Source: an uncultured delta proteobacterium (lineage in GTDB: Bacteria > Myxococcota_A > Polyangia > Polyangiales > JAFGIB01). From it: a stretch of 64,000 bases of DNA. The DNA lies in the NCBI GenBank assembly GCA_963778655.1, contig CAVZVA010000009.1, forward strand, positions 576,001-640,000. The letters are read 5' to 3'. Made by a program: the position numbers and the translations under genes. The notes beneath the pieces were generated by a model. It saw only the letters and a list, made by a program, of their open reading frames with translations, was not told the DNA's origin and searched no databases. Below are positions 1 to 8,431 of this stretch, piece after piece; the first letter of the stretch is position 1, and every line of letters starts with the position of its first letter.

Positions 1-3000
1 GATCTCGCGTGGCCGGGGTCCGAAAGCGACGCGGCGTGGCAGCCATGACCGGCGGGGCCACATGCGTGAGCTCGACGATCGGCCGGGGCCTCGTCAATGG
101 CACGAAGGTCGGCATGCGCTCTTGGAGCAAGAGCTCCGTGGCTCGAACGCGCGGATGCGCGTGAAAGCGCGAGACCATGATGTCGCCGCACACTGCGTTG
201 GCGAGCGCGACCAGCGTCATGCCTTGATGGTGTGCAAGAAAGATCCGAACAGACTGACCCTGCGCAGCGCTCGGAGTGGGTGCGTCTTCGCTGCCCTCGT
301 AGGGCTCCCGTGGCGTGTGGTCCACAGCATCGTAGAACCCGTACCGACCGAGGGCGCCTTCGTGCGCCAATCGCCGCAGGTTTGCAGCCGCCTGTGCGGG
401 GTCCACGGCGGCCGCCAGCGCAGTCGCGTAGGGTGCGACTACGAGGTCGTCGGCCAAGCCTCGCTTCAGTCCCAGCAGAGGCACGCCGAATGCCTTGTAT
501 TGATAGTTGCCGTGTCGGTCCATGACGTTGAACGCAGACTCGGAGATCCCCCAAGCCACGTGGTGCGCTCGACCGTAGTCGATTTGGGCTCCGACGGCGG
601 CTCCACACGACTGGTCGAGCAGCGTGTTCGGGTAGCTCCGCATCAGCAGGCGCGGCATCAGGTATTCGAACATCGAGCCACTCCAGGATACGATCGTCGG
701 TGTGCCGCTCACGCCTACCAGAGAGCGGCCAAGCTGGAACCAATGGCCCTGGGGGACGTCGCCTTTCGCGATCGCGAAGAAGCTGGCAAGTCGTGCTTCC
801 GACGCGAGCAGATCGTAGTACCCGCTGTCGAGGCGCCCTGGACCTTCGGGGTCGGCGAGCCGGTATCCGATCGAGAAGATGCGCCGATTTCCGTCGTACA
901 AGAAGCCGAAGCTCATCGAGTACGCGAACACCTCAGCGCTGCCGGCGAGGGCGAGTAGCTGCTCCCGCGTACCTTGGGCGGTGTCGTCATCCTCTCTGCG
1001 GCGCAGCAGCTCGAGCAGCGCGCGACTCCAGTCGTCGATGTCCACACGCTCTGCGGAGGGACCGGGGTCGGATGGAAGCCGTGCGATCAGGCATTCGAGC
1101 TCGGTCGCAAGGCGTTCCTGCGCTCCAATTACATGTAACCCGGCGCCGGTCGCAGCCGTGAGAGCAACGAGCTCAGGCGTGACGCGCGCGACGCATGCGT
1201 CCAGCTCGCGCTCCGTAGCGTCCCGCGGAAACAATGCGAGGCTCTCGCTCAAGAGTGACGCGGTATCGACAATCGCGTCGAGCGCGAGCCTCTCGTCCGC
1301 CGGGCCCTGTGCCAGCCCGCGCAGACCTTCCGCCAGAGCCACCAGCGAGCCGGCCAGGTTTCCGCTGTCGACGGTGGAGACGTAGCGAGGCAACAGCGGG
1401 GCGAGACTTTTGGTGTCGTACCAGTTGAAGAAATGCCCCTTGTGGCGTTCGAGCTTGGCGAGCGTTCCGAGCGTGCAGGTGATCCGCTCGATCAGATCGG
1501 CGCGACTGATGAACCCGAGGTCGTGCGCCGATAGGCTCGCAAGCAGCCCCATACCGATGTTCGTCGGGGAGGTGCGATGGGCCACGCGCGCGTCGGGAAG
1601 CTCTTGATGGTTGTCTGGCGGGAGAAAGTGGTCCTCTTCGCCGGCAAAGTGCTCGAAGTAACGCCAGGTTCCACGGGCGTGCCGGCGCAAGAAAATCCGG
1701 TCTTCGACCGACAACGGGCGCGCGCGCGCCTGTGCTGGCCGACTCAGCCAGTACGCCACCAGCGGCGAGGAGAGCCAAAGAATCAGAAACGGCAGCGCTG
1801 AAGGCACGGCGACCGGCCGCGTCGCGAACAGAATCGAAAGCAGTGCGAGCGAAAGAACCGGACCGAACCACATCCGACGGGCAAAACTGCCCACCCCGAT
1901 CAGACCCGCGTGCCTCGACGTCGCCATCGCCGCGGTCTCCCACTCGAGCAGTCTCCGCTGGGTTATGACCAAACGTACGAGCGTCAGCCCTATCGCAAGC
2001 AGCATTTCCGCGGCCTGGTAGGCCAGCATCGTCACATCGAGCACGACTTGGGCAGCCGCGAGCTCCAGGGCCTTGCCGCTGTCGCGCAGGAACACGCGTA
2101 GGGGCTGCTGGGGACCAGGCCCTCCGAAGAACACCCAGGCCTGCTCCCAGATCGGAAACCCCATCGATGAAAGAACGGCGGCGACCCAGACCGTCGGGCT
2201 CCCCGGGAACCAAGTCGTCGCCGAGATGAGCACGGCCACGGTTGCCGGCACGACTAGACTGCGGCGCAAATTGTCGAGAATCTTCCACCGGCTAATCAGG
2301 GGAAGCCGATTGCGCCGCCAACCGTGCCGCGTCGGTACGACCGGAAAGAGCCAAAACAGGATCTGCCAATCGCCCCGCACCCAACGCCGCAGCCTCGCTG
2401 CGTGAGCGAGAACGCTGGAAGGAAACTCGTCCACCACCTCCACGTCGGAAACCAGGGCGGCGCGCGCGTAAATGCCCTCGAACAGATCGTGCGAAAGCAG
2501 CGCGTTGTCCGGCACCCGGCCCGCGAGCGCCGCCATGAAGGCATCGACGTCGTAGAGTCCCTTGCCGGTGAAGATTCCCTCCGCGAAAAGGTCCTGATAT
2601 GCGTCGGACACGGCTCGCGAGTATGGGTCTACGCCGGTGTGACCGGCGTACACTCGTGCGAAAACCGAGCCCGCAGCGCTCGCCATAGTGACGCTCACGC
2701 GGGGTTGGAGGATTCCATATCCACGGGTGACCCTACCGAGGTCGGCGTCCATCTTTGGTCGGTTGAGTGGATGTTCGATGATGCCGATGAGCTGCCGGGC
2801 GGCGTCGCGCGGCAGACGGCTATCGGCATCGAGCGTGATGCAGTAGCGCACCTGCGAAAGGACCGACGAATCCCCGACCAGAATCCGAAATGACGTGTCG
2901 GTCGCCCCACGCAACAGCCGATTGAACTCCTCGATCTTTCCGCGCTTCCGCTCCCAACCCATCCACACGCCTTCGCTCGAATTCCACTGTCGCGAGCGAT

Positions 3001-4696
3001 GGAACAGATAGAAGTGATTGGTTCCCCCGTTTGCATGCCGCGCATTCAGCGCTTCCAGCCCCGCAACTGCTGCGGCCAAGGTCTCCTGATCGCTCGATTC
3101 CTCGCACTGAAGCGAGTCGCGAAAGTCTGTCAGCAGGGCGAAATGGATGTGCGGGTCTGCGTTGGCGAGAGCCTGAATCTCGAGCCGCTCGATCACGACC
3201 TGCGCTTCGTCGACGCTGCCGAGCAGCGTCGGCACGATCACCATGGTCCGGGCCTCCACGGGAACGTCACGCTCGAATACGATTCGGGGCAAGCGCCGTG
3301 GCGGGGCGAGCCAGTGTACGATCTTGTGGACGAGCCTCACTGCGAGCTGGCTCGCAGGCAAAAGCGTGAGCAGTCCGACGCATTGCAAGGAGACGGTGGA
3401 AGCGCCGTGCAGGCGGGCGTACGTGACGCTCCAAGCCACCAAGGCCGCAGTGAAGGCAGTTATCGACCCGAGATAGAAGAACGTGGCGTGGGCAAACAGC
3501 GGCCGGCGGATCCGTCCCCAGAAACGCGGCGCGTAGGCGACGTCGAGCTCGAGCTCTCGACGTCCCGGACCGATCAAGTGATAGCCGACATGGGCGCGTT
3601 CCGGGTCGTCGGGATGTCCTTCGGCCGCTTGGCGTGCGCTCTCGACCGCGCGCAGCGCGACCGTGACTTGAGCCTCTGCGTTCGGATCGGCAAGATCCTC
3701 GATCGCTTGGCGATAGCGATCGCGGCTCGGGAAATCCATCTGGCTGTAGACGCCAGCCGGGTCCCGCCGCAGCACGTGCTCGATCAAGCTTACGCGCTCG
3801 ATGGCACGGTTCCAGTCGATGGTCGAGACCAGCCGCAGGCTCGTGATCGAATTGCCGATCGAGGCATGCCCGGTCGTTTGCCGCTGGTGCTCGGCACGCA
3901 CGGCATCGTCGATGCTGAGCCCGGAACCTTCGAGACGCGCTTCGAGCATGATTCGGAGCTCGGAGACACGTGGACCCAGCTCGCGCATCCGCTGCACGAG
4001 CTGCAGCACGAATGCGTCCGGCACGAGGTCGGGCAGGGCCGGCAGCGGACCGTCGCGGGTCGACTCGAAACGGGCGAAGTAGCGATCTGCGTCGGCTTCG
4101 CCGACACGGCTGTTCATGAGCTCCTGCGCGAGGGCGCCGAGATTCTCGATCAGGCACAGTTGCAGCAGGCTGGGCCACGCCCAGAGCTCGCCGAGCGTGA
4201 GCGGCGCAACCGCCTGATAGGCGGTCAGAAAGCGACTCATCCGCTCGAGGTCGAAACGTGCATCGCTGTGGCGGATGAAATCGCGCGCCATTGCATGGAC
4301 GCGGGGCGTTCCCGCAGCTTCTCGCGTCGCGAGCCTGGGAAGCTCCAGATAGTAACGCGGCGGAAGGTTCTTCCCGGTATCTGCGATCGCGCCTTCCAGA
4401 ACGTGAAAATTGTCGAGGAGCCACTCGGCGCCGGGGGCGAGGGGCTTTCCGTCGTGCACGGCTCGGACGAGCGCCTGGTAGGCGGAGCGCAAGACGCGAG
4501 CGTTCTCCCGAACGCGCGATTGGGCTGAACGCAGGCGACCACGGGTATCGCGGGCAAGCGTATAGCTCGCGGCCAGGCTCCGAGCATGCTCCTCGAGATG
4601 CTCGATGCTGAGCATCTCGCCGCGGAGCGGACCCGCGTCGCCGCGCCGCCCCGCAGCCTTCTTCTGATTGCTTGCTGCCGTGGCGTTCATGGGCAT
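1..4696 (-). CDS. ndvB: Cyclic beta-1,2-glucan synthase (Cgs/NdvB/ChvB-like); partial, 3' end runs off the window's left edge
   Basis: Absent from the ORF track because it has no stop in the window. Manual translation from ATG at 4696 gives EWLLDNF, WMGWERKRGK, ITLDAD, GKGLYDVDAF, LLSHDLFEG, RRWVRGDWQ, TSPTNIG, GHFFNWY, STVDSGN, SMFEYLMP, WGISES and AHHQGM. The start (4696) and the HHQGM motif (~218) are in the same frame. Confidence 0.9.
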   Translation of the reverse strand, partial: MPMNATAASNQKKAAGRRGDAGPLRGEMLSIEHLEEHARSLAASYTLARDTRGRLRSAQSRVRENARVLRSAYQALVRAVHDGKPLAPGAEWLLDNFHVLEGAIADTGKNLPPRYYLELPRLATREAAGTPRVHAMARDFIRHSDARFDLERMSRFLTAYQAVAPLTLGELWAWPSLLQLCLIENLGALAQELMNSRVGEADADRYFARFESTRDGPLPALPDLVPDAFVLQLVQRMRELGPRVSELRIMLEARLEGSGLSIDDAVRAEHQRQTTGHASIGNSITSLRLVSTIDWNRAIERVSLIEHVLRRDPAGVYSQMDFPSRDRYRQAIEDLADPNAEAQVTVALRAVESARQAAEGHPDDPERAHVGYHLIGPGRRELELDVAYAPRFWGRIRRPLFAHATFFYLGSITAFTAALVAWSVTYARLHGASTVSLQCVGLLTLLPASQLAVRLVHKIVHWLAPPRRLPRIVFERDVPVEARTMVIVPTLLGSVDEAQVVIERLEIQALANADPHIHFALLTDFRDSLQCEESSDQETLAAAVAGLEALNARHANGGTNHFYLFHRSRQWNSSEGVWMGWERKRGKIEEFNRLLRGATDTSFRILVGDSSVLSQVRYCITLDADSRLPRDAARQLIGIIEHPLNRPKMDADLGRVTRGYGILQPRVSVTMASAAGSVFARVYAGHTGVDPYSRAVSDAYQDLFAEGIFTGKGLYDVDAFMAALAGRVPDNALLSHDLFEGIYARAALVSDVEVVDEFPSSVLAHAARLRRWVRGDWQILFWLFPVVPTRHGWRRNRLPLISRWKILDNLRRSLVVPATVAVLISATTWFPGSPTVWVAAVLSSMGFPIWEQAWVFFGGPGPQQPLRVFLRDSGKALELAAAQVVLDVTMLAYQAAEMLLAIGLTLVRLVITQRRLLEWETAAMATSRHAGLIGVGSFARRMWFGPVLSLALLSILFATRPVAVPSALPFLILWLSSPLVAYWLSRPAQARARPLSVEDRIFLRRHARGTWRYFEHFAGEEDHFLPPDNHQELPDARVAHRTSPTNIGMGLLASLSAHDLGFISRADLIERITCTLGTLAKLERHKGHFFNWYDTKSLAPLLPRYVSTVDSGNLAGSLVALAEGLRGLAQGPADERLALDAIVDTASLLSESLALFPRDATERELDACVARVTPELVALTAATGAGLHVIGAQERLATELECLIARLPSDPGPSAERVDIDDWSRALLELLRRREDDDTAQGTREQLLALAGSAEVFAYSMSFGFLYDGNRRIFSIGYRLADPEGPGRLDSGYYDLLASEARLASFFAIAKGDVPQGHWFQLGRSLVGVSGTPTIVSWSGSMFEYLMPRLLMRSYPNTLLDQSCGAAVGAQIDYGRAHHVAWGISESAFNVMDRHGNYQYKAFGVPLLGLKRGLADDLVVAPYATALAAAVDPAQAAANLRRLAHEGALGRYGFYDAVDHTPREPYEGSEDAPTPSAAQGQSVRIFLAHHQGMTLVALANAVCGDIMVSRFHAHPRVRATELLLQERMPTFVPLTRPRPIVELTHVAPPVMAATPRRFRTPATRD

Positions 4697-4871
4697 GCCA
4701 AACGCTAGCCTTGAATCGCGCCGCTCTCATCCGGTGCATCGGGTCCCGCGCTGGGCCGGTGCAAGGCACTGCGGCTCGGCACCGGGCTCCAAACGCTCGG
4801 CAGAGGTGAAGATGGCAAACCGGAGCGACGGACGCCGGCCAACCCGCCGGCGCCGCCGGCGCACTTCTGGG

Positions 4872-5303
4872 TCAGTCCCGCTTGAACCATCCCATCGACA
4901 ACAGCAGCAAGCTGTCTTCGAGCGCTTCGACGTCGTGGGCGACAGCACGGTCGAGCGCCAGCAAATCGCCGGCAGCGAGATCGATCGTTTCACCCGGCAG
5001 GTGGAGCCGGAGCCGTCCAGAAAGGGCCTGCACCGTGGCATGTTGGTCGGTCTGGTGCTCGCGCACGCGCGCGCCGGTCCTCAGCGCGATCAGCACGACA
5101 CGGAAGTTCTCGTACTTGGCCAGAGTTCTTGCGTTGTGGCCGTTGAGACGCCAGGCGTCCTCCGTCTTCAGCGCAGCAGCCTCTGCGGCCAAATCAAACC
5201 GAAGAGCCCTGCCGTGAAGGGCCCGTGGTGTTCGCTCGGACACCCCGCCATCGAGAGCGATCTGTGCGCGTTTGTCCACGTTGGCTCGTACATATGCCCC
5301 CAA
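4872..5303 (-). CDS. Cupin-domain protein
   Basis: Contains RVVLIALRTGARVREH...VQALSGRL...LAAGDLLALDRAVAHDVEALEDSLLLLS, a cupin barrel pattern. The start codon is uncertain. Confidence 0.75.
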   Translation of the reverse strand: MGAYVRANVDKRAQIALDGGVSERTPRALHGRALRFDLAAEAAALKTEDAWRLNGHNARTLAKYENFRVVLIALRTGARVREHQTDQHATVQALSGRLRLHLPGETIDLAAGDLLALDRAVAHDVEALEDSLLLLSMGWFKRD

Positions 5304-5404
5304 CGGCGACCCGCAAGCGGGCTATCGCAACGATCTCAGCCCGCTCGAGTCCGCGGTCGCGAGCGAGCTCGCCCGCTCGCAAGTATCCTCGCTGAAACCT
5401 CTGC

Positions 5405-5665
5405 TCACGCGCGTGCCCCTACCGGGATGACGAGTGATGGCCGCCAGAGCTGAATGTTCTTGGATTCCACCTGGTTCGCATGCGCTCCACCGAAGAACGC
5501 GATGATCATGAATGGAGTCGCCACCAGCGCGACCGGCAGCAACAGCATGAGCATGGGAAGCGCTGCCAGCGCAACGAACGGCGGCATGAGAACCAATGCG
5601 ACGGCGACCACGACTGCCCGGAACGGGCCAATACGCGGTGCGCTGGGCGATAGATGATGGAACAC
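5405..5665 (-). CDS. Small hypothetical membrane protein (~86 aa)
   Basis: GTG at 5665 is preceded by AGGAGG. There is a long hydrophobic stretch (VVVAVALVLMPPFVALAALPMLMLLLPVALVATPFMIIAFFG). Confidence 0.55.
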   Translation of the reverse strand: MFHHLSPSAPRIGPFRAVVVAVALVLMPPFVALAALPMLMLLLPVALVATPFMIIAFFGGAHANQVESKNIQLWRPSLVIPVGARA

Positions 5666-5834
5666 GGGACCTCCTGCGATTCTCGGAGGCGTTCTCGCGT
5701 CCGGTTTCGAAATCGGAGGGGTGGCTCGCCAGTCTTCCCCCGAGCTCTGGCCCCCCGCTTGTTTCAATGTGCGTCGTCGATCCAGCTGACGCAAGGCGGG
5801 GACGTACGAATAGCGCCTATGGGGTTCTTCGCAT

Positions 5835-7031
5835 TTACGCCTGGGCGCAGGCCCCGCGCCGAACGTGATGGCGTCGCGCGCCGGTGCGAGGCATGCGCCC
5901 GGGATCCGCCGCAGTCGGGGCTCGCGCCCCGTCACGGGAGGCTCGCCTGGCCGAGCGCCACGAAGGCAGCGCGCAGCGCAGCACGCGGCGCAGCGCGCTG
6001 CCGACCTGTCGGCCGAGCGGCCCGCTGTTGTAGCTGACGCCGTGGCGCTCGCAGATCGCCCTCACCCGGGGCGCGAGCTCTTCATAGCGATGCGCCGGCA
6101 AGTCCGGAAACAGATGGTGCTCGATTTGATGGCTGAGGTGGCCGCTCAGCAGGTACAGCCAGCGCGGGCCTTCGATGTTCGCGGAGCCACGGACCTGGCG
6201 CCAATACCAGCCGCCGCGCGTTTCACCCTCCACGTCGGCCGGCACGTACATCTCCACGCCCTGCGGAAAGTGCCCGCAAAAGATGACTAGGAACGCCCAC
6301 ACGTTGCGCACCAGGTTCGCGCTCAAGTTGGCGGTGATCACGAACGGGGCCGAGGGACCGGCGAGCAGCGGAAACATCACGTAGTCCTTGAGCAACTGCG
6401 GCGCCGCCTTCTTCGCGATCGCGCGCACCTGCGGCCAGGCATCGCGCAGCGGTTTGTCCCTGGTGAGCAAGCGGTTGACCTCGAGGTCGTGCACGGCCAC
6501 CGCCCCTTCGAACGCGAGCATCTGCACCAGCGCGTAGACAGGCTGCAGCGCGTGCGCCGGCAGCCACCGTTGCTCATCCGCCATCCGCAACAGGCCGTAG
6601 CCAACATCGCGGTCCATGCCCACGATGTTCGTGAAGGTATGGTGCATGTAGTTGTGCGAGTGCCGCCAGTGCTCCGCCGGACAGGCCCAGTCCCACTCGT
6701 ACTGCTTGCTTGCGAGTGCGGGATCGTTCATCCAGTCGTACTGACCGTGCAGCACGTTGTGCCCGATCTCCATGTTCTCGAGAATCTTGGACAGTGAAAG
6801 CAGGCCCACGCCGGCAAACCATGCCGGGGGCAGCACGGCGACCAACAACGATGCGCGACCGGCGATCTCGGCCGAACGCTGTAGGCGCAGAACGCGCCGG
6901 ATGTAGCGCGCATCGCGCTCGCCGAGCTCCGCAATCACGTGCTGGCGCAGCGCGTCGAGCTCCGCGCCAAACGCCTCGAGCTGCGAAGCGCTGGGCCGCG
7001 CCGAGGTTCCCTCTCTCGTTGCCGCATCCAT
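5835..7031 (-). CDS. Acyl-CoA (stearoyl-CoA 9) desaturase, DesA3-like
   Basis: His boxes HNVLH, HSHNYMHH and QIEHH, plus the ENMEIGHN motif. GGAGG precedes the ATG at 7031. Confidence 0.9.
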   Translation of the reverse strand: MDAATREGTSARPSASQLEAFGAELDALRQHVIAELGERDARYIRRVLRLQRSAEIAGRASLLVAVLPPAWFAGVGLLSLSKILENMEIGHNVLHGQYDWMNDPALASKQYEWDWACPAEHWRHSHNYMHHTFTNIVGMDRDVGYGLLRMADEQRWLPAHALQPVYALVQMLAFEGAVAVHDLEVNRLLTRDKPLRDAWPQVRAIAKKAAPQLLKDYVMFPLLAGPSAPFVITANLSANLVRNVWAFLVIFCGHFPQGVEMYVPADVEGETRGGWYWRQVRGSANIEGPRWLYLLSGHLSHQIEHHLFPDLPAHRYEELAPRVRAICERHGVSYNSGPLGRQVGSALRRVLRCALPSWRSARRASRDGARAPTAADPGRMPRTGARRHHVRRGACAQA

Positions 7032-7042
7032 GCAGCCTCCTC

Positions 7043-8176
7043 TCAAAGCTCCAGCGTCACGTCCGAACGCGGGGTGGTGACGCAAAGTTGTATGTACTGT
7101 CCCGGCTCCTCGCTGACCAGACCGGTCAGCTCGTTACGCACGCTACCGCTCAACATGCGGCACTTGCACATATGGCAAATTCCCGCGCGACAGCCGTGCG
7201 CTGGGCGCGCTCCAGCAGCCTCGACTTGCTCGAGCAGCGAGCTTTCCGAGCGGACGCGGATCTCGCGTCCACTCGCGGCGAGCACGAGCCGAAAGCCGGT
7301 CGAAACCTGCTCGCTCCGCGTGCGAAACGGCGCCGTAGCAAAGGATTCGACGTGCAGGCGATGCGTGAGGCCGTGTGCTTGCCACAGGTCCATCACGGCC
7401 CGCAGCATCGACGGAGGCCCACAGGCAAACGTCTCACGCTCGAAGAAGTCCGGGGCAAACGCCTCGAGTTGACCGAGTGTGAGGTGATTGGTGGCCACGC
7501 TGGCGGCGGGCCGCGTCCCGGTGAGGAACGAAGCCATGCGCAATCCCGGGGTGCGCACAGACAGCTCGGCAAGCTCGCGCTCGAAAATCACTTCGCGGCG
7601 GGCGTAGCCCAGGCATGCGATCTCGCCGGTGTAGCCGCCGGCGACCAGGTGCCGCAGCATCGACATGATCGGCGTGATCCCGGTGCCGCCGCTGATGAAC
7701 AGCAGCTTCGGCGGGAGCGGACCCGGAAGCAGGAAGTCGCCGAGCGCCTGGCTTAGCTGCACCATCTCGCCCGCGCGCGCGCCGTTGGCGGCCCACGCCC
7801 CAACGCGCCCGCCACGCAGGTGCTTGATGGTGAGGCGGACGCCGGGGCCGTCCTCTGGTGCAGAGGACAGCGAAAAGCAGCGCGTATAGCGAACGCCGTC
7901 GATTTGCACGGACAACAGGACCGCCTGCCCCGCACGAAAACCCCGCCAATTCTCGTTGGGAATCAGGAACAACGAGGTGGCGTCTGCGTGCTCGCGTCGC
8001 ACCGTGGCGATGCGCGCCCTGACCTCGCGCACAGACCACGACGCTTCGATCGCGGCGAGGTAGTCGTCGACGTGATGCGGCGTGACCAACGCAGACACGG
8101 CGCGCGTGCGCAGCACGGCGTTGAGAGGCCGCCGCGCCCGCACGAGCCGCGCTCGCCATGAAGAGTTGCCAAGCAT
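7043..8176 (-). CDS. Ferredoxin reductase (FAD/NAD + 2Fe-2S), electron-transfer partner of the desaturase
   Basis: Motifs RCFSLSS, SGGTGITP, CGP and C-terminal CRAGICHMC...C. Lies immediately upstream of the desaturase. Confidence 0.88.
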   Translation of the reverse strand: MLGNSSWRARLVRARRPLNAVLRTRAVSALVTPHHVDDYLAAIEASWSVREVRARIATVRREHADATSLFLIPNENWRGFRAGQAVLLSVQIDGVRYTRCFSLSSAPEDGPGVRLTIKHLRGGRVGAWAANGARAGEMVQLSQALGDFLLPGPLPPKLLFISGGTGITPIMSMLRHLVAGGYTGEIACLGYARREVIFERELAELSVRTPGLRMASFLTGTRPAASVATNHLTLGQLEAFAPDFFERETFACGPPSMLRAVMDLWQAHGLTHRLHVESFATAPFRTRSEQVSTGFRLVLAASGREIRVRSESSLLEQVEAAGARPAHGCRAGICHMCKCRMLSGSVRNELTGLVSEEPGQYIQLCVTTPRSDVTLEL

Positions 8177-8431
8177 CGCCAAACTCACTTTGCCCCCCAA
8201 TCGTGACGGCCGTTTCCGAGCTGTGACCAGCTCTCTGGCCGCCGTGTGTCGATTTCGTACAGGCCGAAGTCTCCGACGCGTCGTGCACGGACGCACTTAG
8301 CCGCAACACCGACCGTGGCAAGCATGGAAGCGCGCACGAGCCTCCCCAGCATCTCGGCCGCGGGTCGTGCTCCCGCAGCGGGTTCCAAGGCAACCGAATC
8401 GACACAATCGCCGGATATCCCTCCCGGCCGT

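Noticed and set aside
62..4769. Long ORFs 62..958(+), 1173..2288(-), 2999..4528(+) and 3267..4769(-)
   Set aside because: Shadow or alternate frames of the cgs gene, whose true frame is missing from the track because it runs off the window.
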